DNA from: Mayamaea pseudoterrestris
Taxonomy: Eukaryota
Length of the DNA stretch: 64,000 bases
Assembly: GCA_027923505.1 (NCBI GenBank)
Contig: BROI01000025.1
Coordinates: forward strand, 372,001-436,000
Direction of reading: 5' to 3'
Position numbers and translations under genes: made by a program. The notes under the pieces are model-generated. The model did not search any database, was not told the DNA's origin, and saw only the letters and a list, made by a program, of their open reading frames with translations. Of this stretch, positions 41,904 through 52,550 are shown in pieces. Numbering within the stretch: the stretch's first letter is position 1; every line of letters starts with the position of its first letter.

Positions 41904-44692
41904 TTACCGTATTTCCATTACTTTGATCTTGGCAGACGACGATATCTTGAGCTCAAAACTCGCAATTTTGCCGCGATCATAGTTTGTCACTAGCAGCGTG
42001 TAAGTGCCATGAGGCAGCAGCTGGCGTTCCGACGCGACAAAACCATGGCGATACTTGCCAGTGTCAATGATTGGTTTCACGACATTTGATGCAGTAACAG
42101 CCTGTCCATAAGCCGCGACTGGGACCAGTATGAAACAAATGGCGCTTGTACGAATCGTCGTGACCGTAATCTGGATCATTGATCCGCCCGTCGGAGTCGC
42201 CAAGGCAAACTGGGGGTTATTGTAGGCGTACTTGGTACCTAATGCTCCGCCGGCCTTTTCGTCCGTCCATTGAGAGAACAGTTCGATGCAAAGTGGTAGA
42301 TCCTTTGGCGGGCGCGTCAAGATGAATGGCTCTGTGCAGAAGCACGACAAGGTATAATTCAAGTCGTTTGACTTTTTGTATTGCGACAGTATCAGCGAAA
42401 GAAATTGATCCTCTTGCCCTTGGAGGTCGTAGCGAACAAGTACATGCGGATTGTTTGTATATGCACCAGTCAGAATGCAGTCGCCGCCCTTGCCGGCGTA
42501 CCAGATTCTATTCTTTTGTTCCGTGTTTCGATGGACATGGACAGTGAGATAGTCATTTACCTCTATCCCTTCTTGCTCTTGCTTGTCAACGTGGCGTGAC
42601 GCAAGGATCCAAACCGTTGGTTGTCGCCTTGCTGCAGCCTCCGAAAAGGCGACTATGTACTGTGGGTTCTCGCCAACGTTAAACGAGTCATCGTCCGGAG
42701 CCACGTTTCGAGGCCAGCGCCCATGACGAACCACGCGATGGTTAAAGAGCCGAGGATTCCACGACAAGTGGAAGTTATGGAAGTGAGTGAGAAGATCCTC
42801 CCAAGATATCCAAAAGACGCCATCCTCTTTGCACTTGCCACCCTTACTTGGTTTGTAGCCAACCTCAGCGCATAAGGAAGGCGTCCAGCTATCAGTATCA
42901 GAGCTGCTGTACTTTCCCTTCCACTCCTGCTGGCCCCATGGATTCTTGAGCAGCAGCAGTCGTGTTCCATTCGTTGTTTGGACGACATTCAGCACAGCAT
43001 ACGCATGCTGTGTAACTATGCCGTTGTCCAACACCATTTCCTCCCGACCGTCCGCCGTTCCCTTGCTTGCGGTTGTTGAGACTGTCACGAGGCAATCCCC
43101 AAACGCACTTGCTCCAAAGATGCGGTCCCAGACTCGCTCTGGTGCTGTTTCATAGTCTCGCACGTTGGAAGCATCCGAAGCAAAGAGGACTCGCTCTGGA
43201 ATCCAGCCAGTGAGCGAGAAAAGATCGACGCCACTGTTGGAACCAGGAAAGTCGTAGCCGCCGCATAGTTTCATGTACGCCTTTTCGATCAATGGAACCC
43301 AAAGCTCCAAACTTCGCGGCTGCTGCTGATTGGTAATTGCACTAAACGTGGAGACACTGCACAAAAGGTTGCCGTACTTGTCAACTGGCAAGTAGTCGTC
43401 AATAACGACGCATCGTGGCACTCCATTGAACCACAGCTTGACCATGTACTTGCCCGTCGGGCTGACTATTGGATAAATTCTCGAGGCGCCGGCAACTGAT
43501 GACTGCCTTTGCGGATGGAGCATGCTTGAAACAATTTGCGTTCCAAACCGTCGTTCCAATGCGGCGCAGATACAAAGACTGGCTATAAACGAACAGTCGG
43601 TAACATATTGCTGCGTAATGGAAAATGGTGTCATGTTTTGAATCACTCGGATGGAAATTGATTGCTGAGATGCATGCATGCGTAGTTGTTGTTGTCGCAG
43701 ATGGATAATTTCGCAAGGTCTTGCCCACTTGTAAAAATGCTTTTGCTGGCGTGCATTGAGGCGTAGATGACCTTGTGGATCCTTGTACAAGTTTAACTTT
43801 TGTTGGCTTGATAAAGTTGATACAGATTCTCTCGAAAATTGGTTTGCCTCCTCATCGGACCACGGAAGAAACAAGCCGCTGGCCATGAGTGAGGATTGCT
43901 TCAACACTTGCACTTCCTCTGATGACAGTTTACTGCTGGATGCTGGTATTGAAGGCAATGGTGCAGGTATCTCTGCTGACTTGGTAATTGTTGTATTAGA
44001 ATGTTTCAATTGCTCAATGCGATCAAGTGTTTGCTCGAGTCGTCGCTTCCATGTGACAAGGTTTACTTGATTGCCTATTGCTTTCGCATGAATCTGAATC
44101 GCCTGCAGATAAAGTTCGGCCGCCTGCATGTAGGCTTGAATTATGGCTTCCTTCTTATCGCTGGTTGTAGATTGTCGTTGCTGCTTTTCGTCTATATCGA
44201 TAGCGATTAAGAGTTTGGCATTAGCTTGAGTGGCGAGCGTTAGTGCCTGCGAGGAAACAACTGGAACTGTAGGAGTTGCTGCAGGAAAGAATGCCTGCTC
44301 TGAAGTCTGTAAAGAAACGGGAGACCTCGGACTCATGTTGTTATATTTTAACTTGTTCCGCGACGCATCCGACGAGTCATCGTTGACAAGTTCCTTGGCA
44401 ATGCCTTCATAGTGGGTCGCCTTTTCCGTGAGCAAGCGTCGCGTATTTGCATACTGAGGAGTGACTGGAAGATGCTGCACATGGGTTCGAATCAAGTAAA
44501 CTGCTTCATAGTACTGCTCAATAAATTAAGATTGTATGAGGAATAAAGCATTGCTTTCGTGTCACAAAGTTGCTCATTCGTGCTCACCTTGGTGGCGGCT
44601 TCAATCCGCTGCGTCCCAGACTCTTCCAATGTATTCGCCAGTTTCAAGAGATCAAATATGTCTTCAAGAGTACCGGAAGATGCAGCTGCCAT
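41904..44692 (-). CDS. CAPN7: Calpain-7/PalB-like cysteine protease (MIT-like region, CysPc, two calpain-III domains), 2 exons
   Basis: Catalytic QQYVTDCSF, HAY and NPWG; LIEKAYMKL; GGYDFPGSNS; N-terminal MIT-like helices. Exon 1 44692-44588, intron 44587-44514 (74 nt). Confidence 0.9.
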
Positions 44693-45099
44693 AATTGCAA
44701 TGTGTAATGGAGATCATTGTTTGTCGTCTTGGTCTTGATACTGCTATAGAAGTAAGCAAAAGCATCACAATGCTGCACCATGATGCTGACGACGAGGTTT
44801 CGCTGCTGTTTTGTACTATTGCCTGATGACGCAGATTCAATATTGCCTATCACTTTGTGCTGTTTGATCTACAGTGCCAAATCATGAGTATCAAACTTAT
44901 TGGCACTACTTTTAGACTCACAGTGCCATAAACTTTGAAATATATCAAAGTTTTTGGCACTACACTTTGTTCAACAGTCGATTCATCACTCCGACATGGT
45001 TGACGACCAACCATTATTATTTCGTTTCGTTCCATTGCACATCACTTTCTTCTTTCAAGCAAAAGCAACAGCAGCTATACACCCAAAAGCACTAACATC

Positions 45100-46947
45100 A
45101 TGGCGGAACAAGTCCAGGCAATTTTAGACGGCATGGTTGCGCCGCTGCGGGACTTGGAGGAGCGCAAAGTCTTTTCTTCCGACGAGATTCGATCCATTGT
45201 GAATCGGCGTCGAACCTCAGAGTACGCCCTGCAGCGTCGGAAAGCTCGACAAGCCGACTATATTGAATACATTCAGCAAGAAATTCAATTAGAGAAACTG
45301 CGAGCGCTTCGAGTCAAGCGAATCAAGCGCCAGCAGCCTCATGACGAAACGACGCAGCAAGGAGCAACGACAAGGTTCATTGGCGACAAGCACATTGGCT
45401 CTCACATTCATTTCATTTGGACACGAACCATTCGCAAGTTTCGGAGTGACATGGCAGTCTATCTCATGTATGCCGAGTATTTGGAGGAGACGAAAAATTA
45501 CAACAAACTGTCGCTGCTGTATGCGCAAGCCCTGCAGCTCTTTCCACGCGAAACTGGACTTTGGATCAATGCGGCGTCGCACGAGTACTTTGTGGCTGGA
45601 AATATGCAGTCGGCTCGAGTTTTGCTGCAGCGAGGCCTGAGAATCAATCCAACGTCGCAAGAGCTTTGGGTACAATCCTTTGTTTTGGAAATGCACGTTG
45701 TCCAAAAGATGCAAGGGCGAGAAGCTATTTTGCGAGGTGGCGGCGATGTTGTAGCTAATGGATCAATCGACATTCTAATTGACGAAAATCATCCACTGGC
45801 ACTCTCCAAACTTGTCTATGATCATGCCATACAAAAGATTACAGACAAGGTGTCCTTTCGACTGGCGTTTCTACAGCAGTGCAGCTTGTTTCCAAACACA
45901 CAAGCCTTGGCGCAACACATTTTGCAATCCATTATCAAGGATTGTGGTAATCAACCAGATGCTTGGATCGTCAAGGCCATGTATATTTTACAGCAGGAGC
46001 AAGTAAAACATGTAGTTGAGCCTGTTGATGATGCAGGTCCAGTCAGCAAGAAGCAGCGAATGGACGATGCAAATGGATCGTCATTGTCGCCTAGTAGAAC
46101 CATCGATGCAGTTCGGCAGGTGCTTTTGGAAGCGACGCAGCAACTGGCAACGACGGAAATGTATACACGAATTTTGCAGTACTTGAAGGAACTGGTGGAA
46201 GAAGGCAAGGAGGAGAGTGATGGAGTGATACAACTTGCCAAGCAGTTTGTGAATCAAGCGTCGGACGACGGAATGTTGTCGAATGACTTAATCATGGCGT
46301 ACGCAGCCTTGGTTGTAGAAGGCGACGATGAGCATGTTGGTCAACTCATTGAACGTTTTCAGCAAACGTCCGAAAAAATTACAGCCTCGTTATGGCTACA
46401 GCTTGCGCAATCAGCAGCTTCCGTCGAACAAGCAATCGTCATTCTTGAGCGTGGGCTAGAAGCAACTCCAATGGTACAATCGGACCATTTGATTCTTCTT
46501 CTGCAACTACTCGGAGCCAAGCTAAAGCTTCATTCGATTAGTATGGGGGACTTGTTGCGAACTCAGGAGCGCATACTATACTTGGCGCCTGGGTTCGTGA
46601 ATGTTGGTGACAACGACGACGCGCCGTTTGGAATCATCAACGTCATGGATGCGTGTTTGCAATGTTTGATGCATGTTTGGAAGCATGATGGACTCGGCGC
46701 TGCACGCAAAGCGTACTTGAACGTTTTATTTCAAGCAAATACTGCCAAACTATACATGCGAGACGGCTCCGACCATGTTAAGGAATACTTGGATGCGGCG
46801 ATCAGTATCGAGACAAATTGCCAAGACGTCATTGACCGTCAACGACGTCTAGCGCGAATCTTTTCGTATGCATTGGAACTATTCGCCGGTACGGAAATTG
46901 GCAAGGAATATCGGAAGCTTTCGTTGGAAGCAAAACAAGACAGGTGA
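45100..46947 (+). CDS. UTP6: U3 snoRNA-associated protein 6 (possibly spliced to the downstream JmjC ORF)
   Basis: N-terminus MAEQVQ..LD.MV..L.DL....FS..EI..IV.RR...EY.L.R and HAT repeats (LWINAASHEY...SARVLLQRGLRINP). Confidence 0.9.
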   Translation: MAEQVQAILDGMVAPLRDLEERKVFSSDEIRSIVNRRRTSEYALQRRKARQADYIEYIQQEIQLEKLRALRVKRIKRQQPHDETTQQGATTRFIGDKHIGSHIHFIWTRTIRKFRSDMAVYLMYAEYLEETKNYNKLSLLYAQALQLFPRETGLWINAASHEYFVAGNMQSARVLLQRGLRINPTSQELWVQSFVLEMHVVQKMQGREAILRGGGDVVANGSIDILIDENHPLALSKLVYDHAIQKITDKVSFRLAFLQQCSLFPNTQALAQHILQSIIKDCGNQPDAWIVKAMYILQQEQVKHVVEPVDDAGPVSKKQRMDDANGSSLSPSRTIDAVRQVLLEATQQLATTEMYTRILQYLKELVEEGKEESDGVIQLAKQFVNQASDDGMLSNDLIMAYAALVVEGDDEHVGQLIERFQQTSEKITASLWLQLAQSAASVEQAIVILERGLEATPMVQSDHLILLLQLLGAKLKLHSISMGDLLRTQERILYLAPGFVNVGDNDDAPFGIINVMDACLQCLMHVWKHDGLGAARKAYLNVLFQANTAKLYMRDGSDHVKEYLDAAISIETNCQDVIDRQRRLARIFSYALELFAGTEIGKEYRKLSLEAKQDR

Positions 46948-46985
46948 GAGGATGATCTACGCTTCGCTGCTACACTAGACTTGAC

Positions 46986-48095
46986 ATGACTGTCTGCTCA
47001 CCAACATCATATTGCGCTTCTGGTAGAGATGTCGCTGTTAATGGAGTCAAGGAAGTCCTTTCGGGCGCACCCATCGTGCCGAGTATGGATGTTTCGTCGT
47101 CGGACTTCTCACCGATAGCGTTTGCTACGACTTTTGACTTGTTCAAATTAGTGCATTTGCGCAACCTTTCACATAAAAGCAAGAGTCGCAATGCTATTTC
47201 CTGGCAGAACTTGGCATTAATCTACGACACTATCAATGCCGACGACCAGGCGACTTGGTGCGTGGAAACGAAGGAAGACGACTCCATGGAGGTATCTCCG
47301 GCAACCTTTTTGAGTGGCAATGGCGATGCGGTCCGTGCCTACTGCAGTTTTCTTGTACAAAATGACAAAACTGTTTTGGAAGACACGTTGGCGAGACTTC
47401 CAGTACAAGAGATTGATTGTCTGCAGGACTGCACATACGAGGACGCGCTGTGGTTTTTCTTTGGCCGCAATCCTCGCGTCAAGGGCGCTTTGAATCTCAG
47501 CGGCAGATCAGAGCATACTGATTCCGTTTCACATGATGGAACTTGGCACTACCAACTTTCAGGTAGCAAGATTTGGGAGCTGCGGGCCTCGTCCTGCATG
47601 AAGCGCCACTTGGATCAGCATTTTGCTTGTGGCTGGGACGAGTCAAAGCGTTTGGTGGTAAAGGTGGAACAGGGTGATGTGTTGGTTATCAATACTCGCC
47701 TTTGGTTCCACCAGACGATAATTCCTCCGCAGCGTGTTCCTTCCGTCTCGTATGCTCGCGATTTTTGCTTTGATAATAATGCATCGGACAAAATGAATAG
47801 CACCCACATGACGAACGTTGACGGTATGTATGCGACCTCGGATATAGAGGAAGGTACTATTCTGTTTCGCGAGGCCGATATGCCCTCCTGTGAACTGCAC
47901 CGTGCAACTAATGACGCAGATGCAAATTGCGATGTGGTGGAATTGGAAGATGGGACGAGTGCTGTTGTCAGCACGAGGAAAATTGCGGCTGGTGAGTTCT
48001 TTAGCGTCCCAGAGAGCGACGACGAAAGTGGCGACGGCGACGAGAGTGATACGGTTGAAGACGACGAGTCGGCCGCTGACGAAGATAGCAATTAA
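46986..48095 (+). CDS. JmjC/cupin 2-oxoglutarate-Fe(II) oxygenase-like domain plus a degenerate SET-like domain
   Basis: HTD...WHYQLSGSKIW...VEQGDVLVINTRLWFH gives the HxD..H triad and 2OG Lys. GMYATSDIEEGTILF ... ANC ... VSTRKIAAGEFF is SET-like. Acidic tail. May be exon 2 of UTP6. Confidence 0.7.
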   Translation: MTVCSPTSYCASGRDVAVNGVKEVLSGAPIVPSMDVSSSDFSPIAFATTFDLFKLVHLRNLSHKSKSRNAISWQNLALIYDTINADDQATWCVETKEDDSMEVSPATFLSGNGDAVRAYCSFLVQNDKTVLEDTLARLPVQEIDCLQDCTYEDALWFFFGRNPRVKGALNLSGRSEHTDSVSHDGTWHYQLSGSKIWELRASSCMKRHLDQHFACGWDESKRLVVKVEQGDVLVINTRLWFHQTIIPPQRVPSVSYARDFCFDNNASDKMNSTHMTNVDGMYATSDIEEGTILFREADMPSCELHRATNDADANCDVVELEDGTSAVVSTRKIAAGEFFSVPESDDESGDGDESDTVEDDESAADEDSN

Positions 48096-48333
48096 AAACA
48101 GTACTATACTTTAGTTGACTATATAGTCTTACTTATGTGGCAACTCATCATTTGATCGGCCTAATAGTCTACCGGTAGAGCAACGATGACGAAGAATCAC
48201 CGGGAGAAAGCTGAACGTCGCACACTCGTCGTAACGGCACTCGTCTCACAGCCAAGCAAAAATTGGATCGAAACCATGGCATGCCGCCGTTTCAAGGCAT
48301 CTCTCTCATTTTATTGACAGAGTCTTATTCACC

Positions 48334-50832
48334 ATGCCCAAGAAGCAAAAGCGCCCAATAGCTGCAGCGCCAGACCCAGATGATGATGACGATTCGTCAA
48401 TTGCTTCGGACGACGCCTTTGACTCGGAGGATGAGCGTCGCTACGGAAGCTTCTTTGAGGAGCGTGACAGGGCCAAGGCCGAGGGAGGTGACATGGATGA
48501 AGATTCAGAAGACGAAAGCGATGATGATGACAGCGACGTAGAAGATGTTGAAGAGAATGAAGTAGCTGACGAGGATGAGAGCGATGATGAAGACGACGAC
48601 GATGACGACAGCGAAAGCGACGCTGAAGATGAAGAAGGAGATGGCGGGGACTACATGCTCAGTCTGCTCGACAAGATTGATGACAAGAAGCGCAGCCACA
48701 AAGACGAAGATCCGTCGCATGGAATTGCTACTCACACCAAGGAATCAGAGTTCGCAGCGTCCGTCTTGAAAAAGGGAGACTTGACCCTCGACGCGTTGAT
48801 GGGATCCATTCAAGATACGGCTGGCTACGGCAAGGTGCAAAAGCAACTGAAACATGTAGCGCACGGCGAAGCAACATCAGCTCCAGTGGCTCGCATAATA
48901 TCAGAGCGCATCCAGCGCAAGATTGACTACGAGGAGCAGTGCAAGGAAGTGAGTCAGTGGATGACGGCCGTCCAGCAGAATCGTCAAGCCGAAACGCTAG
49001 ACTTTCGACCCAAGCAGCGCCTGCAAGTGACGCAGCAAGGTTTGGTGGATGGTTTTGTACCCACGACAGACTTTGAAAAGCAGATTCATGCAGCCTTGCA
49101 AAAGGCTGGTCAAGAGGATGAGGAGACGGTTTTAAAGCGAGAGCGCGACCGCCTCCAGGACGACTTGGATGCCAATGAGATTACGATGGATGAGTACAAG
49201 AAGCGTCGAAGTGACTTGGCGCAAATGCGAGCCCTCATGTTCTATCACGAGCAAAAGCGTCATCATATCAACAAGATCAAGTCGAAAAAGTACCGTCGCA
49301 TCCGGAAGCGGCAGCGCGAGCGTCTGCAAGGTGACGAGGCGGAGTTAGACGCGGATGCGTTGAAGGAGCAAGAGGAAGTGGAGCGCATTAAGGAGCGCGC
49401 CAGCTTGGCTCATAAAAACACCAGCAAATGGGCTAAGCGAGTTCTCAAGCGAGGCAACAAGGTGGACGTGAATACTCGCAAGGCGTTGTCGGAATCCTTG
49501 CGCCGAGGCGACGACCTGCTTAAGCGCATGAAGAGCACACGTGGTGGTGACGAGTCATCCGACTCGGAGAGCGAAGATCTGGTGGCGTCAGCCAAGGCTG
49601 TATTGGCCAATATGGATGACGATAATGATGTTGTTCCCAGTGGTAAAGGCAACGCGCTGTTTCAAATGGCTTTTATGCAAAAAGGCATTGAAAAACAGAA
49701 GGCTCGCGCTCGTGAGGAAGCTCGGGAGCTTCTAAAGGAATTAGAAGCAGAGGAGCGTGATAGTTCATCGGACGCTGAGGAACAGGGCGCAGATCTGGCG
49801 CCAGTAAAGAAAATTCGAATGTCGAGCAAGGCTGAGATGAAAAATGTACTGCGAGAGAGTGAACTTGTTGTTGCGTCGCTGAAACTCGGGCAGAAGCATC
49901 AAGTCGCTGTTAGTGGTCATATCGACATTGGTATGGACGAGAACCGGACAGTTCCTGCCGGGAAGGTTGAAGGAGCCAAGAATACTACTTTGAGTGAGCA
50001 TAGTGTCACACTCGATCAGTTGGAAGTTGTGGCCGACGTTTCATCTTCGTCAAGGAAGCAGGATGCACCAAAGCGGCCGGCCGCTACTCAATCTCGCCTT
50101 GTTGCTGATGCCGATGAAGTCAACCCTTGGCTAGCAGATCAAACAGATAACGTGACGAACAAGAAGGCGACAAAAAAGATGGGCAATGCTTTACGCGGTA
50201 TGGTTGATGTTGAGAGCGCAGTCGACCTACTCGAGGCGGCTCCGACAAGGGCAACTACTATAGCTGCTGCAACGGCAACCGTCGACAACAGTACTAGCAA
50301 GGCAATCACGAGCCTGTCACAAGGCGAGCTTGTCCGTCGTGCATTTGCTTCCGTGGCGGATCTAGAGGAAGATGACTTTCAGAAGGAGAAGGTTAGAGTG
50401 GCGGAGCAAGAAGATCCTACTCGAAAGCAGCTACAGGCAAGCGCGAAACTGGCTGCATCCAAGGGATGGGGCTCTTGGACCGGTGCAGGTGCTCCACCGC
50501 CAAAGCCTCCTCGCACAATGCCAAAGAGGCTTCAGCCGCCGGAAAAGACATTAGGAAAGCGGGCGCGGGCGGACGAGAAGAAGCCCAATGTAATATTGAG
50601 CGAGAAGCGAATGAAGCGACTTGCAAACAATTACATGCTTGCTGCTGTTCCGTACCCTTTCACATCGCGCGAAGAGTATGAAAAGGCAATGTCTGGAAGT
50701 CTAGGTAAGGAATTTAATGTGACTGGGGCATTCAAGGAGATGACTCGCCCAGCAGTCATGACCAGGCCAGGCAAGGTTATACAGCCCATTTCCAAAACAG
50801 TCAAGGTTAGGAGAAGCGCTGCAAAGTTCTAG
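48334..50832 (+). CDS. UTP14: U3 snoRNA-associated protein 14
   Basis: RALMFYHEQK..HINKIKSKKYRR, ERIKERASLAHKNTSKWAK, GWGSWTG, VPYPFTSREEYE...LGKEFN. Confidence 0.93.
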   Translation: MPKKQKRPIAAAPDPDDDDDSSIASDDAFDSEDERRYGSFFEERDRAKAEGGDMDEDSEDESDDDDSDVEDVEENEVADEDESDDEDDDDDDSESDAEDEEGDGGDYMLSLLDKIDDKKRSHKDEDPSHGIATHTKESEFAASVLKKGDLTLDALMGSIQDTAGYGKVQKQLKHVAHGEATSAPVARIISERIQRKIDYEEQCKEVSQWMTAVQQNRQAETLDFRPKQRLQVTQQGLVDGFVPTTDFEKQIHAALQKAGQEDEETVLKRERDRLQDDLDANEITMDEYKKRRSDLAQMRALMFYHEQKRHHINKIKSKKYRRIRKRQRERLQGDEAELDADALKEQEEVERIKERASLAHKNTSKWAKRVLKRGNKVDVNTRKALSESLRRGDDLLKRMKSTRGGDESSDSESEDLVASAKAVLANMDDDNDVVPSGKGNALFQMAFMQKGIEKQKARAREEARELLKELEAEERDSSSDAEEQGADLAPVKKIRMSSKAEMKNVLRESELVVASLKLGQKHQVAVSGHIDIGMDENRTVPAGKVEGAKNTTLSEHSVTLDQLEVVADVSSSSRKQDAPKRPAATQSRLVADADEVNPWLADQTDNVTNKKATKKMGNALRGMVDVESAVDLLEAAPTRATTIAAATATVDNSTSKAITSLSQGELVRRAFASVADLEEDDFQKEKVRVAEQEDPTRKQLQASAKLAASKGWGSWTGAGAPPPKPPRTMPKRLQPPEKTLGKRARADEKKPNVILSEKRMKRLANNYMLAAVPYPFTSREEYEKAMSGSLGKEFNVTGAFKEMTRPAVMTRPGKVIQPISKTVKVRRSAAKF

Positions 50833-50939
50833 CAACTGAGCGGGTCGCTTGACTTGATTTTGTAGCAAACAAAGTAAACGTAAAAGTTTTTAAAAGTTAC
50901 GTAATAGTTAATTTAGCGTGCCAAAAATCAAAATATAAA

Positions 50940-52376
50940 TTACGGCGTCACCTCTTGACAAAATTGAGTTTCCTTCATAAACGTCGAGCCGGACATGAAC
51001 ATGGCGCGATGCTTTTGAATTTGATCAAAGTTGGTCGCGTACATGCCATAGCGGTTTCCACATGCTGCTTCAATCTCCTGCGAAGACAGTTCACCAAACG
51101 AGTGTTGCTGCGCCTTGCGGTTGCCATTGTGCGGTAGCTGCAACTGATGACTCGGCAACCAACAATCGCAAGCGTCCATTTGACAGTTGATATTGTTGCG
51201 GACGCAAAAGCAGTCGGCGTGACAGCAAGGTTCATTCTGTACGGCTTGATGCAGAATCGTCTCCAATTCTTCGCGCGACGGTGCACTTTCGTGAGGCAGC
51301 AAATGACGCTTGCGAAGCTCCTTTTTCAAGTCGTTTATGTTCAAGCGCTTGGCTTGCGCCTTTTTGCTCGTGCCGAGTGAGCTGCCAACGTGAACGACCA
51401 GCTTGCGACAGTTGCATCCGGCTCGTTGACTGCGACTGTTGCGGAGCTCCTCCAGCTGGTTGCGAACGGCATTGACATCCAGTTGCGTAAAGGTTTCATT
51501 GAATTGTTGCTCCGTCGTTGAGTGCGGTGCCGTGGGTCGCGTGCGACGCGTGGAATTAATCACCTCCCCCGACGACGAGAACGATCCCGACCGCGCGCGA
51601 TGCTTGCGAGGCGCAAGTCGCGGAGGAGAGCCGGAGAGTTGCGGCTGCAGTACGGCATCGTGTCCATCTCCATCTTCGTCGTGCTCCGCCGACGAGTAGT
51701 TCAAAAACAGCTGCCGGCGCAAGTTTTCCGTCAAACTTCCAAAGAGTGGATTCTTGTGATTGCTGCTGCGATAGTCCCATTGCCGCGTTTCAAGTACTCT
51801 TGTAGATGAGCCATTGGTATGAATTGGCGACGTCGCTGAGTCATCATCATCATCGTCTACTTTTAATTGCGCGAGTCGTTCCTGCAGACGCTCCTGCTTG
51901 GCTTGCTCATAGTCGTCTACTGAGACATTTGAAATTTCCAACACCTCGTCGTTCAATCCCAATGGCCAGGAACCAGAGGCTGGAACACCGTCCACACCCA
52001 AGCAGCGATCCATGCTTTTAACGGTGACATTGCCAAAGCTTAAACTGCAGTTGCGTTGTTGAGTTGACTCGACGGCGCGCTTGGTGCGCTTGTTTTTGCG
52101 GCGCTGGCGGCGCTTGGCCGAAGTACTTGTTGGTGGCGTCGCATGCGGCTGCTGCTCGTCTTGATCGTCGTCTTCGTCATCATGATCGTCATTGCTACTA
52201 CTGCTACTGTTTGATGGCGACTCTAGCAGGGTCGGAGGTGAATGAACCGTCGTTGCAACAGTTTTCGTCGTCAAGGAAGAAGAGGAGTTGATGTTGTCGT
52301 CGTCCGAGTCAATTTCGGAGTCATAATCATCGAACTTCCACAGGTACGACTTGGAAGGCGGCGGAGGCGGCGGCAT
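50940..52376 (-). CDS. CSRNP/AXUD1-like cysteine/serine-rich nuclear protein
   Basis: LSFGNVTV..MDR.LG.DGVP.SG..PLGL and LEELRNSR...GCNC...CC...C.C....INCQMD.CDC...CGN match the CSRNP conserved blocks. Ser-rich N-terminus and basic NLS. Confidence 0.7.
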   Translation of the reverse strand: MPPPPPPSKSYLWKFDDYDSEIDSDDDNINSSSSLTTKTVATTVHSPPTLLESPSNSSSSSNDDHDDEDDDQDEQQPHATPPTSTSAKRRQRRKNKRTKRAVESTQQRNCSLSFGNVTVKSMDRCLGVDGVPASGSWPLGLNDEVLEISNVSVDDYEQAKQERLQERLAQLKVDDDDDDSATSPIHTNGSSTRVLETRQWDYRSSNHKNPLFGSLTENLRRQLFLNYSSAEHDEDGDGHDAVLQPQLSGSPPRLAPRKHRARSGSFSSSGEVINSTRRTRPTAPHSTTEQQFNETFTQLDVNAVRNQLEELRNSRSQRAGCNCRKLVVHVGSSLGTSKKAQAKRLNINDLKKELRKRHLLPHESAPSREELETILHQAVQNEPCCHADCFCVRNNINCQMDACDCWLPSHQLQLPHNGNRKAQQHSFGELSSQEIEAACGNRYGMYATNFDQIQKHRAMFMSGSTFMKETQFCQEVTP

Positions 52377-52550
52377 TTTAGAGTATTCAATTGTTGCAAA
52401 TCAGATTGCAATGAGGCAACGAAGAGGTCCCGATGGCAAAGTAACGACGGATGAATGATGCAGCAGTATACAACCACCAGGAGCTCGTCAAGATCTTCTG
52501 CCAGCTGCGCGAAACGTGCACGAGACCAACCTGACTGAGCAGGCAATAGT

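Noticed and set aside
46944..46978. Alternative 35-nt intron that would also fuse UTP6 in frame
   Set aside because: Much shorter than every other intron here (74 nt or more). The acceptor at 47026 has a better branch site and length.
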